Assembly (NCBI GenBank): GCA_016861245.1 | Contig: BOKZ01000001.1 | Span: forward strand, 615,006-679,005 | Direction: 5' to 3' | Origin: Patescibacteria group bacterium | Lineage (GTDB): Bacteria; Patescibacteriota; UBA1384; 2-12-FULL-50-11 | Length of the DNA stretch: 64,000 nucleotides | In this document: in pieces, positions 56,008 through 64,000 of the stretch | Numbering within the stretch: the first letter of the stretch is position 1 | Layout: the number at the start of each line of letters is the position of its first letter | The notes under the pieces: model-generated | Databases searched by the model: none | The model's input: the letters and a program-made list of their open reading frames with translations, nothing else | Told to the model about the DNA's origin: nothing | Position numbers and translations under genes: made by a program

Positions 56008-56195
56008 TATTTGACCGCCAATATCACTAGTTTTTGTAATCCTAAATCAAAGGCGCCGAAAATTACAGTCGCTACAGCCACACTTAAAAGAACCATTAAG
56101 GTATGGCGAATAACTGTCTCGCGCTTCGGCCAAATAACTTTTCGCGCTTCCTCGATAAGCGATCCAACGAATGCGACTCCTGGTACTTTAACCAT
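56007..56195 (-). CDS. secE: preprotein translocase subunit SecE
   Basis: 62 aa. Single C-terminal TM. VIWPKRETVIRHTLMVLLSVAVATVIF. Confidence 0.85.
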   Translation of the reverse strand: MVKVPGVAFVGSLIEEARKVIWPKRETVIRHTLMVLLSVAVATVIFGAFDLGLQKLVILAVK

Positions 56196-56538
56196 TTTTC
56201 ACCTTTTTTGTGGTCTTAGCTTTAGCTGTGGGCTTTTTCGATTCTGTTTTAGCAGCGGCACCGATCGCTACAACTTCAAGCTCGGAAAGTTGTTGTCTAT
56301 GACCGTAGCGCTTTAAATAACGAACCTTATTTTTGAACTTTAAACCGCTCACTTTTTCGCCTAAGAAATGTCGCAAAACTTTAAGCTGAATCTGTTGATC
56401 GCTCAACTGGTCCTTGAGAGAAATTGTCGCGCCCTCTTTATCGGCAACTTGGTTAACAGTAATTTTTTTACCAGCACGAACAACGTGCTGTTTGCCGCCG
56501 GCGGTTACAACTGCCAATTTGTGTTCGGAATTGCTCAT
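56188..56538 (-). CDS. rplU: 50S ribosomal protein L21 with Lys-rich C-terminal extension
   Basis: AVVTAGGKQHVVRAG...KRYGHRQQLSELEV matches bL21. The roughly 25-aa KTESKKPTAKAKTTKKVKNG tail is extra. Confidence 0.75.
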   Translation of the reverse strand: MSNSEHKLAVVTAGGKQHVVRAGKKITVNQVADKEGATISLKDQLSDQQIQLKVLRHFLGEKVSGLKFKNKVRYLKRYGHRQQLSELEVVAIGAAAKTESKKPTAKAKTTKKVKNG

Positions 56539-56603
56539 ACTTTTTATAATTAACGGATTATATTGTACGAAAAATACCCTATTGCGTCAATGCAGCGAAC
56601 CAA

Positions 56604-57716
56604 TTAGTGAAATAGGATTTTTTTATGCCGAATTGCGATACTCTCCACAATTCCGATCGCTGCGAAATCTACAATTAAAGCCGTACCGCCGTACGACATA
56701 AATGGCAGCGGTATACCAGTTACCGGCAGTAAACCGATATTCATTGAGATGTGAACGAATCCTTGAAAAAAGAACTTGGCAGCGATTCCAATACAAAGTA
56801 GTTGCGCAAACGGATCGTCCGCTTCACGAGCAACAGCCAAGATTCGAAAAATCAACAGCGTGTATAAGCTAACAGCTAGCACCGACCCAACAAAGCCAGT
56901 TGCTTCGGCAAAACCAGCGAAAATAAAATCGGCGTGAGCGACCGGCAAAAAATTCAAAACTGTTTGAGAGCCCTGACCGAAACCTCGGCCAAATAAGCCG
57001 CCACTACCGACCGCGATGAGTGACTGTCGAACATTGTAACCTTCGCCCAACGGGTCGCTCATCGGGTTAAGAAATGTCTCAACCCGTTGTCGCTGATACG
57101 GCTGCAAATTGAAAAATAGTACTGGCAGCGCCACTACGATAATACCGGCGAGTAGCGCTAGCATCCTGCGTGACGGTTTTGCTGCAAGAAAGATCGATAA
57201 AAAAACTATCAACAACACTGACGCTGTGCCAAGATCCGGTTGCAGCATCACCAAACCAACTGGCAGGGCTGCGATCAGTAAAAACCCGACAATCCGTCTC
57301 CAACCCATTACACCAATATGCTGGGCTAAAAACGCCGAGCCCGTAACTGCGCCAATTAACTTAAAAACTTCCGAGGGCTGGAGCTGGAAGAAACCGAAAT
57401 CTAGCCATCGATACGCGCCAAAGACTTTGAGAACAAATGGAAGACTCGGTGCTAGAAACGGTAATAGCGGTATAAGAAGTAGGATGCCAACCACAAATAG
57501 CAAAACGTTAAATGAGCGTAGTGCTCGATAGTCGATCGACATCATTACAACCATCGCCAGTATGGCTACGAGGGCAAATACTCCTTGATCGATCGCCAAG
57601 CGATTGCCGTATTGATGAAAGGTGATCGTGTAGATAGTTATAATTCCAGTAATTGTTAGAACAATTGGAATTAGTAACACGAACCACTCGATCGGTAGAC
57701 TCCAAAACCTACGCAT
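56604..57716 (-). CDS. SEDS-family peptidoglycan glycosyltransferase (FtsW/RodA)
   Basis: 370 aa with about 10 TM helices. Conserved VGSGGLFGRGFGQG and FIFAGFAEATGFVG motifs. Confidence 0.9.
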   Translation of the reverse strand: MRRFWSLPIEWFVLLIPIVLTITGIITIYTITFHQYGNRLAIDQGVFALVAILAMVVMMSIDYRALRSFNVLLFVVGILLLIPLLPFLAPSLPFVLKVFGAYRWLDFGFFQLQPSEVFKLIGAVTGSAFLAQHIGVMGWRRIVGFLLIAALPVGLVMLQPDLGTASVLLIVFLSIFLAAKPSRRMLALLAGIIVVALPVLFFNLQPYQRQRVETFLNPMSDPLGEGYNVRQSLIAVGSGGLFGRGFGQGSQTVLNFLPVAHADFIFAGFAEATGFVGSVLAVSLYTLLIFRILAVAREADDPFAQLLCIGIAAKFFFQGFVHISMNIGLLPVTGIPLPFMSYGGTALIVDFAAIGIVESIAIRHKKILFH

Positions 57717-57731
57717 ACTACTGTAGTAACC

Positions 57732-58154
57732 TTACGGAAGAACGTTGTCGAGCGCGCAATTGGCTAAATAATCGGCTCGTCGGTTCGCCTCGCGTCGTAC
57801 GGCGTTAAATTCGATCGTATTACCGCTTTTTTGGAGTTGGTTGATGTAGCCAAGAATCTTTTCGTAATGCGGCTTAAGAAGCGCATCTTTTACCTTATAA
57901 ACACCTTGAATTTGTTTTACCATTAACTCGCTATCGGAGTAGCACTGGATCGTGAAATCGGTAATGTTATTTGTAATTAAATACTCAAGCGCCGCGACCA
58001 TTGCCCGATACTCCGCCTGATTGTTCGTTGTTTTACCGATACTTTCAAAGCGCTCAACCAACAACTCTTTCAGTCCTTGGATCGTGTAAGCGATCGCTGC
58101 TGGACCAGGGTTACCTCTGGAAGCACCGTCGGTGTGTATAGAAATAGATCGCAT
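57732..58154 (-). CDS. rnhA: ribonuclease HI
   Basis: 140 aa. IHTDGASRGNPGPAAIA and the TNNQAEYRAM active-site region. Confidence 0.85.
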   Translation of the reverse strand: MRSISIHTDGASRGNPGPAAIAYTIQGLKELLVERFESIGKTTNNQAEYRAMVAALEYLITNNITDFTIQCYSDSELMVKQIQGVYKVKDALLKPHYEKILGYINQLQKSGNTIEFNAVRREANRRADYLANCALDNVLP

Positions 58155-58198
58155 CTAAGTGCAATATACGGTTTATTCTCGAATACGTCTAGGAGCGA

Positions 58199-59125
58199 CT
58201 ATCGACTAACGTTACCGCCGCCTGCGTAGAGGTTATAGTCGTAAATTCCGATTAACGTGCCGCTAACTCTATTAACTTCTGCCACCAGCGTTCGTTTACT
58301 CGAGCCGTAATACCCGGTTGCGATAATAACGGTTGTCAGCGAATCGATTTCCGGTCCGCGTGTTGTACCGACGCCGCTACCGCTAGTAGTGGTAGAAGTA
58401 ATTAAAGCAAACTTAACATCACAGAAATACGGTCGGAATCGCAAAGTGGTAGTAATGTCGTTTGTGGTTTTTATATCCCAGTTTTCGTTAACCCCCATCG
58501 AGTCGTAAATTGGGTTGCCGCCCCAACGAACCTGTTTTTGCGTTAAGACTTGCCCGCCTTCAGTGATCTGTTCTAACTGAACAAACGCTCGGTTATCGCT
58601 ACACTGAAACTGAAACGCGTGACGCAGATAATATGGTAGGCTATCAGCCCTATTCTCAAAGCCCGTTAGCTCTACTGCGGTATCTTTCACCGCCGTTTTA
58701 GCCGAGGCCCAGTCGAGAGTGCCGTTAGCAGCGATACCAATACTTGGGACTTTGTACTTAACTTCAAGATCGTAGTACTGTTCTTTTGGGTCGTAATTTA
58801 AGCCAGCAGTAGTCGAGAGATCTTCGTTGTTATCTACCTCAAACGTGGCAGTCTGCGGATACCTTGCGCTTGTTATACCGTAACGAAAAGCCTTACCGCT
58901 CAATGTCTGTATATCACGGTTAAACCGATATCTGGCTAACCCATCCTCAATCCCGGCTTTAGCGGCGTAGTACGCTAAAATATTATCTTCTTCGCGAGAA
59001 GATTGGCTAAACTGGACTAAGCTTATGCGCTGAGCCGCAAAAACGACCACTAAAACACCGCTAATGATCAATAGAACCATTAAGATACTGCTACCGGTTT
59101 TTTGTTGTTTAAATATTCCCCTCAT
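58199..59125 (-). CDS. pilus-associated protein with N-terminal TM anchor (PilX-like minor pilin candidate)
   Basis: 308 aa. N-terminal hydrophobic helix LMVLLIISGVLVVVFAAQRISLV with no GFTLIE motif. Co-oriented with the pseudopilin genes and overlaps the next gene by 4 nt. Confidence 0.5.
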   Translation of the reverse strand: MRGIFKQQKTGSSILMVLLIISGVLVVVFAAQRISLVQFSQSSREEDNILAYYAAKAGIEDGLARYRFNRDIQTLSGKAFRYGITSARYPQTATFEVDNNEDLSTTAGLNYDPKEQYYDLEVKYKVPSIGIAANGTLDWASAKTAVKDTAVELTGFENRADSLPYYLRHAFQFQCSDNRAFVQLEQITEGGQVLTQKQVRWGGNPIYDSMGVNENWDIKTTNDITTTLRFRPYFCDVKFALITSTTTSGSGVGTTRGPEIDSLTTVIIATGYYGSSKRTLVAEVNRVSGTLIGIYDYNLYAGGGNVSR

Positions 59126-59808
59126 CGCGATCCACCTGTTGTGATTGTTGTACTAACACTATAACACTTCGCTCGGACTTCTGCGCTAGTGCATATTGCT
59201 GTGATATCGATCGGCTTGAAGGTAAACGACAATCGTATAAACGGTGAGTGAGGCACAACTGGAGGATCTGGGACTGAGGCATCTTTAGGATTACTCCCAG
59301 AGAAAAATGGAGTACCGATTAAGCCAGTTTCTACTTTATATCCGTTAGAGAGGATTGACACCGCAGGTGACGACTCCGAACAGCTCAGCACCCGGGAATT
59401 ACCTTGGGTTCGAACTGTACAGCCCCTATGCTCTTTTAGAGTTATATCACCTGTTGGCTCGACGTTAAAAACCTTGTAAACGTAATCGGTCGAGCGCGGA
59501 TACTTCAACACGATCTTTAAACAACCGTCACTAAAATCATATCCGACAAATTCGCCGCCAGCCTGAACACAGTTGCCCTGCCCCTGCTCGTTCGTAATTT
59601 GTTCATTCAAATAGACGTATCTTAAGTCGTTAGTAATTCGATCTATTACGGAGCGCGCAACCTCCGTTCGGCGACGTGTCTCACCGCTTTTGAGCGACGA
59701 GGCTGCGCTTCGGGCAAAGATACCTAGCGTCAAGATTGCTAAACCAGAAAAAATTGCGACTGCAACTAATAACTCTAATAACGTGAAGGCTTTTCGTTTC
59801 TTTTGCAT
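59122..59808 (-). CDS. type IV prepilin-like minor pilin/pseudopilin
   Basis: 228 aa. N-terminal class III signal KRKAFTLLELLVAVAIFSGL. Confidence 0.75.
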   Translation of the reverse strand: MQKKRKAFTLLELLVAVAIFSGLAILTLGIFARSAASSLKSGETRRRTEVARSVIDRITNDLRYVYLNEQITNEQGQGNCVQAGGEFVGYDFSDGCLKIVLKYPRSTDYVYKVFNVEPTGDITLKEHRGCTVRTQGNSRVLSCSESSPAVSILSNGYKVETGLIGTPFFSGSNPKDASVPDPPVVPHSPFIRLSFTFKPIDITAICTSAEVRAKCYSVSTTITTGGSR

Positions 59809-59811
59809 AGA

Positions 59812-60600
59812 TTACAAATCGCCGACGCTTCGCCAATTTGTTAGCATCGTTGCGATGTCAGTAAAGCGATACTCACCGCGATCATTCCACAGCACAACTG
59901 AACGAACCTTAACAGCGTTGCCATCTAGAATTAACTTCGGACTGCCGGTACCAAGTCCTTCGCGATTAAGGCTTGGTCGTGTCAACAAGCAGTACCTATC
60001 GAAACGTAATTGATCAACAGTCGGCGCTTCCTGATAGCAAGTGGTTGCCGAAGCGTTACGTGGGCCGTCCGTGACAATTTTGGTTGTTGTATCGTCGCCG
60101 TTAGTATTGCAGTGCAATTTGTTGGTATTTTGATTCGCCGTTCTAATAGCTCCAACTGCTTCGACGCAGATAAATCGGTAGCCACGCAAATTCTCAGCTT
60201 GAATTTCGTCGCCAGTTAGCGGCGCCGGATCAAATGTGGCCGTTTTATACTCCAAAACATTTTTATATTCGGTCGGCAACGGCTGTAATCTCCAAGTAAT
60301 CCCATCAGCGTTGGCTACTAAATAGTGCCAGCCGTAACGATCTGAGGTTAGGTTTGGCGTGTGAAACCAATACTGTTGTCCTTGGGAAAAGCCTTGTATC
60401 CTTGAGTTGTCATCACGGATCTTCGTGGCAAATTCGATACCTTCAGCCGCCCAGCGGTTTGTCACTGTCGTATCACTACTAATAACAGTTCCTTGGATAA
60501 TAGAGTTGCTCAGCCCAACAACGGCTGCGGAAACAACAAAGAGTATGCCACCGGCAACCAAAACTTCTAAAAGCGTAAATGCCCGCTTCAATCTATTCAT
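59812..60600 (-). CDS. type IV prepilin-like minor pilin/pseudopilin
   Basis: Start at MNRLKRAFTLLEVLVAGGILFV (GGTGGAG RBS). About 262 aa. The longer ORF to 60630 lacks an RBS. Confidence 0.75.
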   Translation of the reverse strand: MNRLKRAFTLLEVLVAGGILFVVSAAVVGLSNSIIQGTVISSDTTVTNRWAAEGIEFATKIRDDNSRIQGFSQGQQYWFHTPNLTSDRYGWHYLVANADGITWRLQPLPTEYKNVLEYKTATFDPAPLTGDEIQAENLRGYRFICVEAVGAIRTANQNTNKLHCNTNGDDTTTKIVTDGPRNASATTCYQEAPTVDQLRFDRYCLLTRPSLNREGLGTGSPKLILDGNAVKVRSVVLWNDRGEYRFTDIATMLTNWRSVGDL

Positions 60601-61234
60601 ACTCCACCTGTACCCTCCCAGTGTAGTCATCTAATTTAACTTTTGCTCTTTTATCTTGGTAAGTCAAATGAAAAATGTCTTCTGGAAAGATCGGCGGCAG
60701 CTCCTGCCAAATAGTACCGGTGTTCCCTGGTCTTTCAAGAAGGAAAAGCTGCTGTGTAGGGGCTTTAAACGCGATAAAGAACGAGTCTTGGTCGTAAACT
60801 TTCCGAGACCGGGCAGTAAACGTCACACGTTGGACAAAACATGGGCCAGATTGTAACCGAGCTTGTGTTCTGGCAGCTAACGGTCTGCATGCAGCCGTGG
60901 TGGAGTTAGCGGGATACGAGATACGAACGATCGAGAAATAGTTGTTGGTATTAATGTTATCGAGCAGTATTGCGTAATAACCGACGTCATCGACACCAAG
61001 CGAACCGCTATTTCCACCTGTCTCATCGATTTGTTGCGTTGAACCGGATAGCAAACGCACTTCTTCGAGCTTTGCCTTAAACAACTCAGCATCGTTTGCA
61101 ACGCTGTTTTTTGAGAGTGATCGATCGATATTGGGAATAATGAGCGCAATTAAAAGACCGATTATGGCCATAGAGATAATTAACTCAATTAAAGTAAAGC
61201 CTCGACGAACTCTTAGCCTAAAATCCCCTCTCAT
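60593..61234 (-). CDS. type IV prepilin-like minor pilin/pseudopilin
   Basis: 213 aa. RRGFTLIELIISMAIIGLLIALIIP. Confidence 0.75.
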   Translation of the reverse strand: MRGDFRLRVRRGFTLIELIISMAIIGLLIALIIPNIDRSLSKNSVANDAELFKAKLEEVRLLSGSTQQIDETGGNSGSLGVDDVGYYAILLDNINTNNYFSIVRISYPANSTTAACRPLAARTQARLQSGPCFVQRVTFTARSRKVYDQDSFFIAFKAPTQQLFLLERPGNTGTIWQELPPIFPEDIFHLTYQDKRAKVKLDDYTGRVQVEYE

Positions 61235-61268
61235 GTTCCTTTAGCGTAGCGAATTGTTCATTTGTTGG

Positions 61269-62075
61269 CTACGACCCGATGACGTACGTCGGAATGCCGA
61301 TCAATCCAAGATACCAGGTAACTAGTTGATCACCCCAGAAAAAAGCGATTAACGCGCCGACGATCATAAACGGCACAAACGGTATCGCTGTTTTCAGCTT
61401 GGCTTGTTTACTAGCAATCGCCAGCGAGCCAAATAGGCCACCAACCAGAAAAGTGCTGACAAGAAACACAAAAGCATTCGGATAACCAACTAAGGCGCCA
61501 AGCGCCGCAGCGATCTTAACATCGCCCTCCCCCATCCATTTACCCTTGCTTGGGTAGACGATCAGCGCGATTGGCGCCACACCAACTAGCAGGCCGAGCG
61601 CCGTGTTCAGGAGCGAATCGTAATACACAACAGAGAACAGCACGGTCCCAACCAAGAGTATGTATGCCATCAAATCGGGCACCATCTGCTCGTAGAGATC
61701 GTGGAAGAATATTACAATCATCGCACCGACCGCTACAATTGCACCAATAAACGCAAGTACACCAAGTGGCAACGTAAAAATACCAGACTCGAATATCCGA
61801 TTATAAAATACTACGATGAGTGCTGCAGCAGATAACTCGACTACCGGATACTGCCACGAAATCGGCTTGCGACAGTACCGACACTTCCCGCCAAGCGTAA
61901 CGTAGCTCAATAGTGGCACCAGATCGTACCATCGTAGTTGCTGTTTGCAATGCGTACAGGCAGAGCGATCTTTTAGAATTGATAGCCATTGGTCGTAGCG
62001 ATAAATTACAACGTTCAGAAACGACCCAAACACTAGTCCGAAGATAAACGCGATAATCGTACCAACCTCAACCAT
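61269..62075 (-). CDS. pilD: prepilin peptidase (A24 family, PilD) with N-terminal Cys4 zinc site
   Basis: 268 aa. CTHCKQQLRWYDLVPLLSYVTLGGKCRYCRKPI. Polytopic, with conserved catalytic Asp regions (EGDVKIAAALG). Confidence 0.85.
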   Translation of the reverse strand: MVEVGTIIAFIFGLVFGSFLNVVIYRYDQWLSILKDRSACTHCKQQLRWYDLVPLLSYVTLGGKCRYCRKPISWQYPVVELSAAALIVVFYNRIFESGIFTLPLGVLAFIGAIVAVGAMIVIFFHDLYEQMVPDLMAYILLVGTVLFSVVYYDSLLNTALGLLVGVAPIALIVYPSKGKWMGEGDVKIAAALGALVGYPNAFVFLVSTFLVGGLFGSLAIASKQAKLKTAIPFVPFMIVGALIAFFWGDQLVTWYLGLIGIPTYVIGS

Positions 62076-62150
62076 AGCTCTACATTACTTATTTCCGACG
62101 TAAAAAAGAAGAACCCATCCGGGTTCTTCTTTTTTTTAACTAAGTGTTTT

Positions 62151-62624
62151 TTAGTTCGGACCGCTGACTGTGAAGACTTTGCCAGTGGTTAACGTCAGGA
62201 AGCCTGTGCAGGCACCGATATCTAACGATGCAGCGCCGTCTACAACGTTAGAACCGTTATCAGTTGCGCTAAGCAGCGTCACACCAGCTCCCCACGCTGC
62301 ATCAGATGAACAGGACATATAAGCGGTTGTTTGCGAATCATAATTCCAAGCCTCAGACGTCGCCCCACCACCTAAGTACGCATTCAACGATGCCCCTAAG
62401 TTGGCTTCGGAAATAGTACTTTCAGTCAATGACGGGTAAACCGGGTTTTGCTGGTCGGCCGCGTATTGTTCTACGGCCGTAGCAATATTTCTTAAGTTAT
62501 TTTTATACTGGGTATCCTGTGCTTTTTGTCGTGCGCCTGAAAGCGAGACAATAATTAATGCCGCAAGAATACCAATAATGGCGATTACCACCAACAGCTC
62601 GATGAGCGTAAAACCTTTTTTCAT
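62151..62624 (-). CDS. type IV major pilin, paralog 1
   Basis: Start at [39 protein letters not shown]. The upstream in-frame MDSVQ... has no RBS. Confidence 0.8.
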   Translation of the reverse strand: MKKGFTLIELLVVIAIIGILAALIIVSLSGARQKAQDTQYKNNLRNIATAVEQYAADQQNPVYPSLTESTISEANLGASLNAYLGGGATSEAWNYDSQTTAYMSCSSDAAWGAGVTLLSATDNGSNVVDGAASLDIGACTGFLTLTTGKVFTVSGPN

Positions 62625-62703
62625 ATCCCTCCTAATTTCTAATATTTCAAGTTCGTTCTGAACTGAATCCAAGGGAACGTGTTCCCCTGGAATTCAAACC
62701 AGA

Positions 62704-63234
62704 TTACTGCGGACCAAATGCCGTAAAGTACTTGGCAGTTGTTGTAGTGAATCCGTTCAGTGCGATACCACCGACCGTAGGGCCAGTTGTAGCAACACCT
62801 GCAACAACATTGGCACCGTTGTCTGAGGCGCTTCGCAAGCGTGCCCCGGCAGCCCAACTCGTGAATGGAGTTGATGCATTTGTTCGATACATAGTGTCTC
62901 CCGTAGTTGCACCGGTATAGACCGTGCCAGTACCCGTATTAAAGACAGTTGAGTTAGCACCGCCACCCATATAGTCGTCTAACGCAGCAACTAAGCCGGC
63001 GTTACTAAAGATGATCCCTGTCCCAGCTCCATGATAGACGGGGTTTGGCTGATCTAAGGCATACTGCTCGATAGCTGTGGCAAGGTTTCGAACATTATTC
63101 TTGATTTGCGTATCCTGTGCTTTTTGTCGTGCGCCTGAAAGCGAGACAATAATTAATGCCGCAAGAATACCAATAATGGCGATTACCACCAACAGCTCGA
63201 TGAGTGTAAAACCTTTTTTCATATTTAGTTTCAT
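62704..63234 (-). CDS. type IV major pilin, paralog 2
   Basis: [43 protein letters not shown]. The first 37 residues after the leader are identical to paralog 1. The C-terminal variable domain is divergent. AGGAGGAG RBS. Confidence 0.8.
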   Translation of the reverse strand: MKLNMKKGFTLIELLVVIAIIGILAALIIVSLSGARQKAQDTQIKNNVRNLATAIEQYALDQPNPVYHGAGTGIIFSNAGLVAALDDYMGGGANSTVFNTGTGTVYTGATTGDTMYRTNASTPFTSWAAGARLRSASDNGANVVAGVATTGPTVGGIALNGFTTTTAKYFTAFGPQ

Positions 63235-63350
63235 TTCTCCTCCTTTTGGGAATATAAATGTGAACTTTCGTCGACCGCCCCTCTCGTTCTGAAAAGATCG
63301 GTGAAAGCCATTACATTCAATATCATTCTATCCATCTTGTCTGTCAAGCA

Positions 63351-64000
63351 TTACTGAATAATATTGGCTAAGTTGTAAATCGGCACGATGATCGAGAACA
63401 CCAGAAATGCTACACCTAAACCGACGATTACGAAGACAACCGGCTCAACTAATGCCGACATATTACGAATTGCCTGGTTGGTTTGTGCCTCGTAGAAATC
63501 CGCTAGTTTACCGAGAACTTGTTCTAGTTTACCGGTTTTCTCGCCAGCGGCGATCATCTCGGTAATCGTTGCCGGAAAAATTGGGTATCGAATAAGTGTT
63601 TGTGAAATCGGTGCGCCGCGCTCAACGTTTCTAGCAACCTGGTGCAGCGCCTCTCGGTAGACGATACTATCTAATACCAGCGCCACAGAATCGATCGCCT
63701 GAATAATCGGTACGCCGGCCTGAATAAGAATTCCTAGGATTCGAGTAAAACGCGCCATCTCAAGACTAACGATCAACGAATTTACTGCCGGGATCTTGAG
63801 AATAAAATTATTAAACCCTCGGCGACCTTCATCGGTTGAGATGTAACGAATGAATAGAAAAACTAGAATGCCTAATCCAAGAACGTAAAAGAACCAGTAG
63901 TTAATTAAACTATTAGTAATAAAAACTACGGTTTTAGTTGTCCATGGTAACTCTGCGCCCGACTCTTCGAATACCGATTGAAGCGCCGGAACGATCCGCG
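63351..64000 (-). CDS. pilC: type IV pilus assembly platform protein PilC/GspF (C-terminal part; gene continues past window end)
   Basis: The C-terminal T2SS-F repeat ITEMIAAGEKTGKLEQVLGKLADFYE, then a TM helix. The reading frame is open upstream of the listed Met. Confidence 0.8.
   Translation of the reverse strand, partial: RIVPALQSVFEESGAELPWTTKTVVFITNSLINYWFFYVLGLGILVFLFIRYISTDEGRRGFNNFILKIPAVNSLIVSLEMARFTRILGILIQAGVPIIQAIDSVALVLDSIVYREALHQVARNVERGAPISQTLIRYPIFPATITEMIAAGEKTGKLEQVLGKLADFYEAQTNQAIRNMSALVEPVVFVIVGLGVAFLVFSIIVPIYNLANIIQ

Overview
This window looks like a chromosomal segment from a reduced-genome bacterium, most plausibly a Patescibacteria/CPR (Saccharibacteria-like) lineage. 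That guess rests on gene content and on a type IV pilus cluster with near-duplicate major pilins. The standard genetic code applies: TGA, TAA and TAG all terminate well-supported genes, and a release factor 2 gene is present. Background GC is about 48%, with several small GC-rich islets.

Housekeeping content:
- clpC
- a DNA-damage module (dinB-lexA) plus a small gene carrying the same operator-like motif
- a cell division block (rpsU-yqeY-ybeY-ftsA-ftsZ)
- a cobalamin-linked nucleotide reduction cluster (nrdJ, PduO-type adenosyltransferase, small membrane protein, thioredoxin)
- a UvrD-like helicase/nuclease, rluA, manC-like, secD and secF
- a split rplKAJL region: rplA-redoxin-rplJ-rplL at 40.5-43.1 kb, and rplK-nusG-secE-rplU at 55-56.5 kb
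- pth, ybaB, prfB, cysS, recR, topA, dprA, a SEDS protein, rnhA
- a type IV pilus locus (pilC, two major pilins, pilD, three or four minor pilins)

Accessory or unusual content:
- (a) A tightly coupled minus-strand operon: a small acidic protein followed by two tandem paralogous membrane-anchored ATPases resembling type IV coupling proteins (VirD4/TraG/TrwB-like). No other type IV secretion components are visible. The operon is co-transcribed with tgt and a histidine phosphatase.
- (b) A roughly 2 kb GC-rich islet encoding two signal-peptide proteins. Next to it is a 138-nt gene that looks like a tmRNA (tRNA-like domain plus the P2 helix, with no tag reading frame), and its 3'-terminal 19-mer is directly duplicated 38 nt away.
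- (c) A recurring direct-repeat motif GTTCGG-N5-GTTCGG in the promoters of dinB, lexA, a small hypothetical gene and the nrdJ leader. I read this as a candidate LexA operator.
- (d) nrdJ and the adenosyltransferase share one frame, separated by a single TAG, with no canonical start codon for the downstream gene.
- (e) Two families of short intergenic repeats.
- (f) A 260-nt GC-rich hairpin-dense candidate structured RNA upstream of rluA.

No CRISPR array, rRNA gene, transposase or integrase gene is recognisable in the window.
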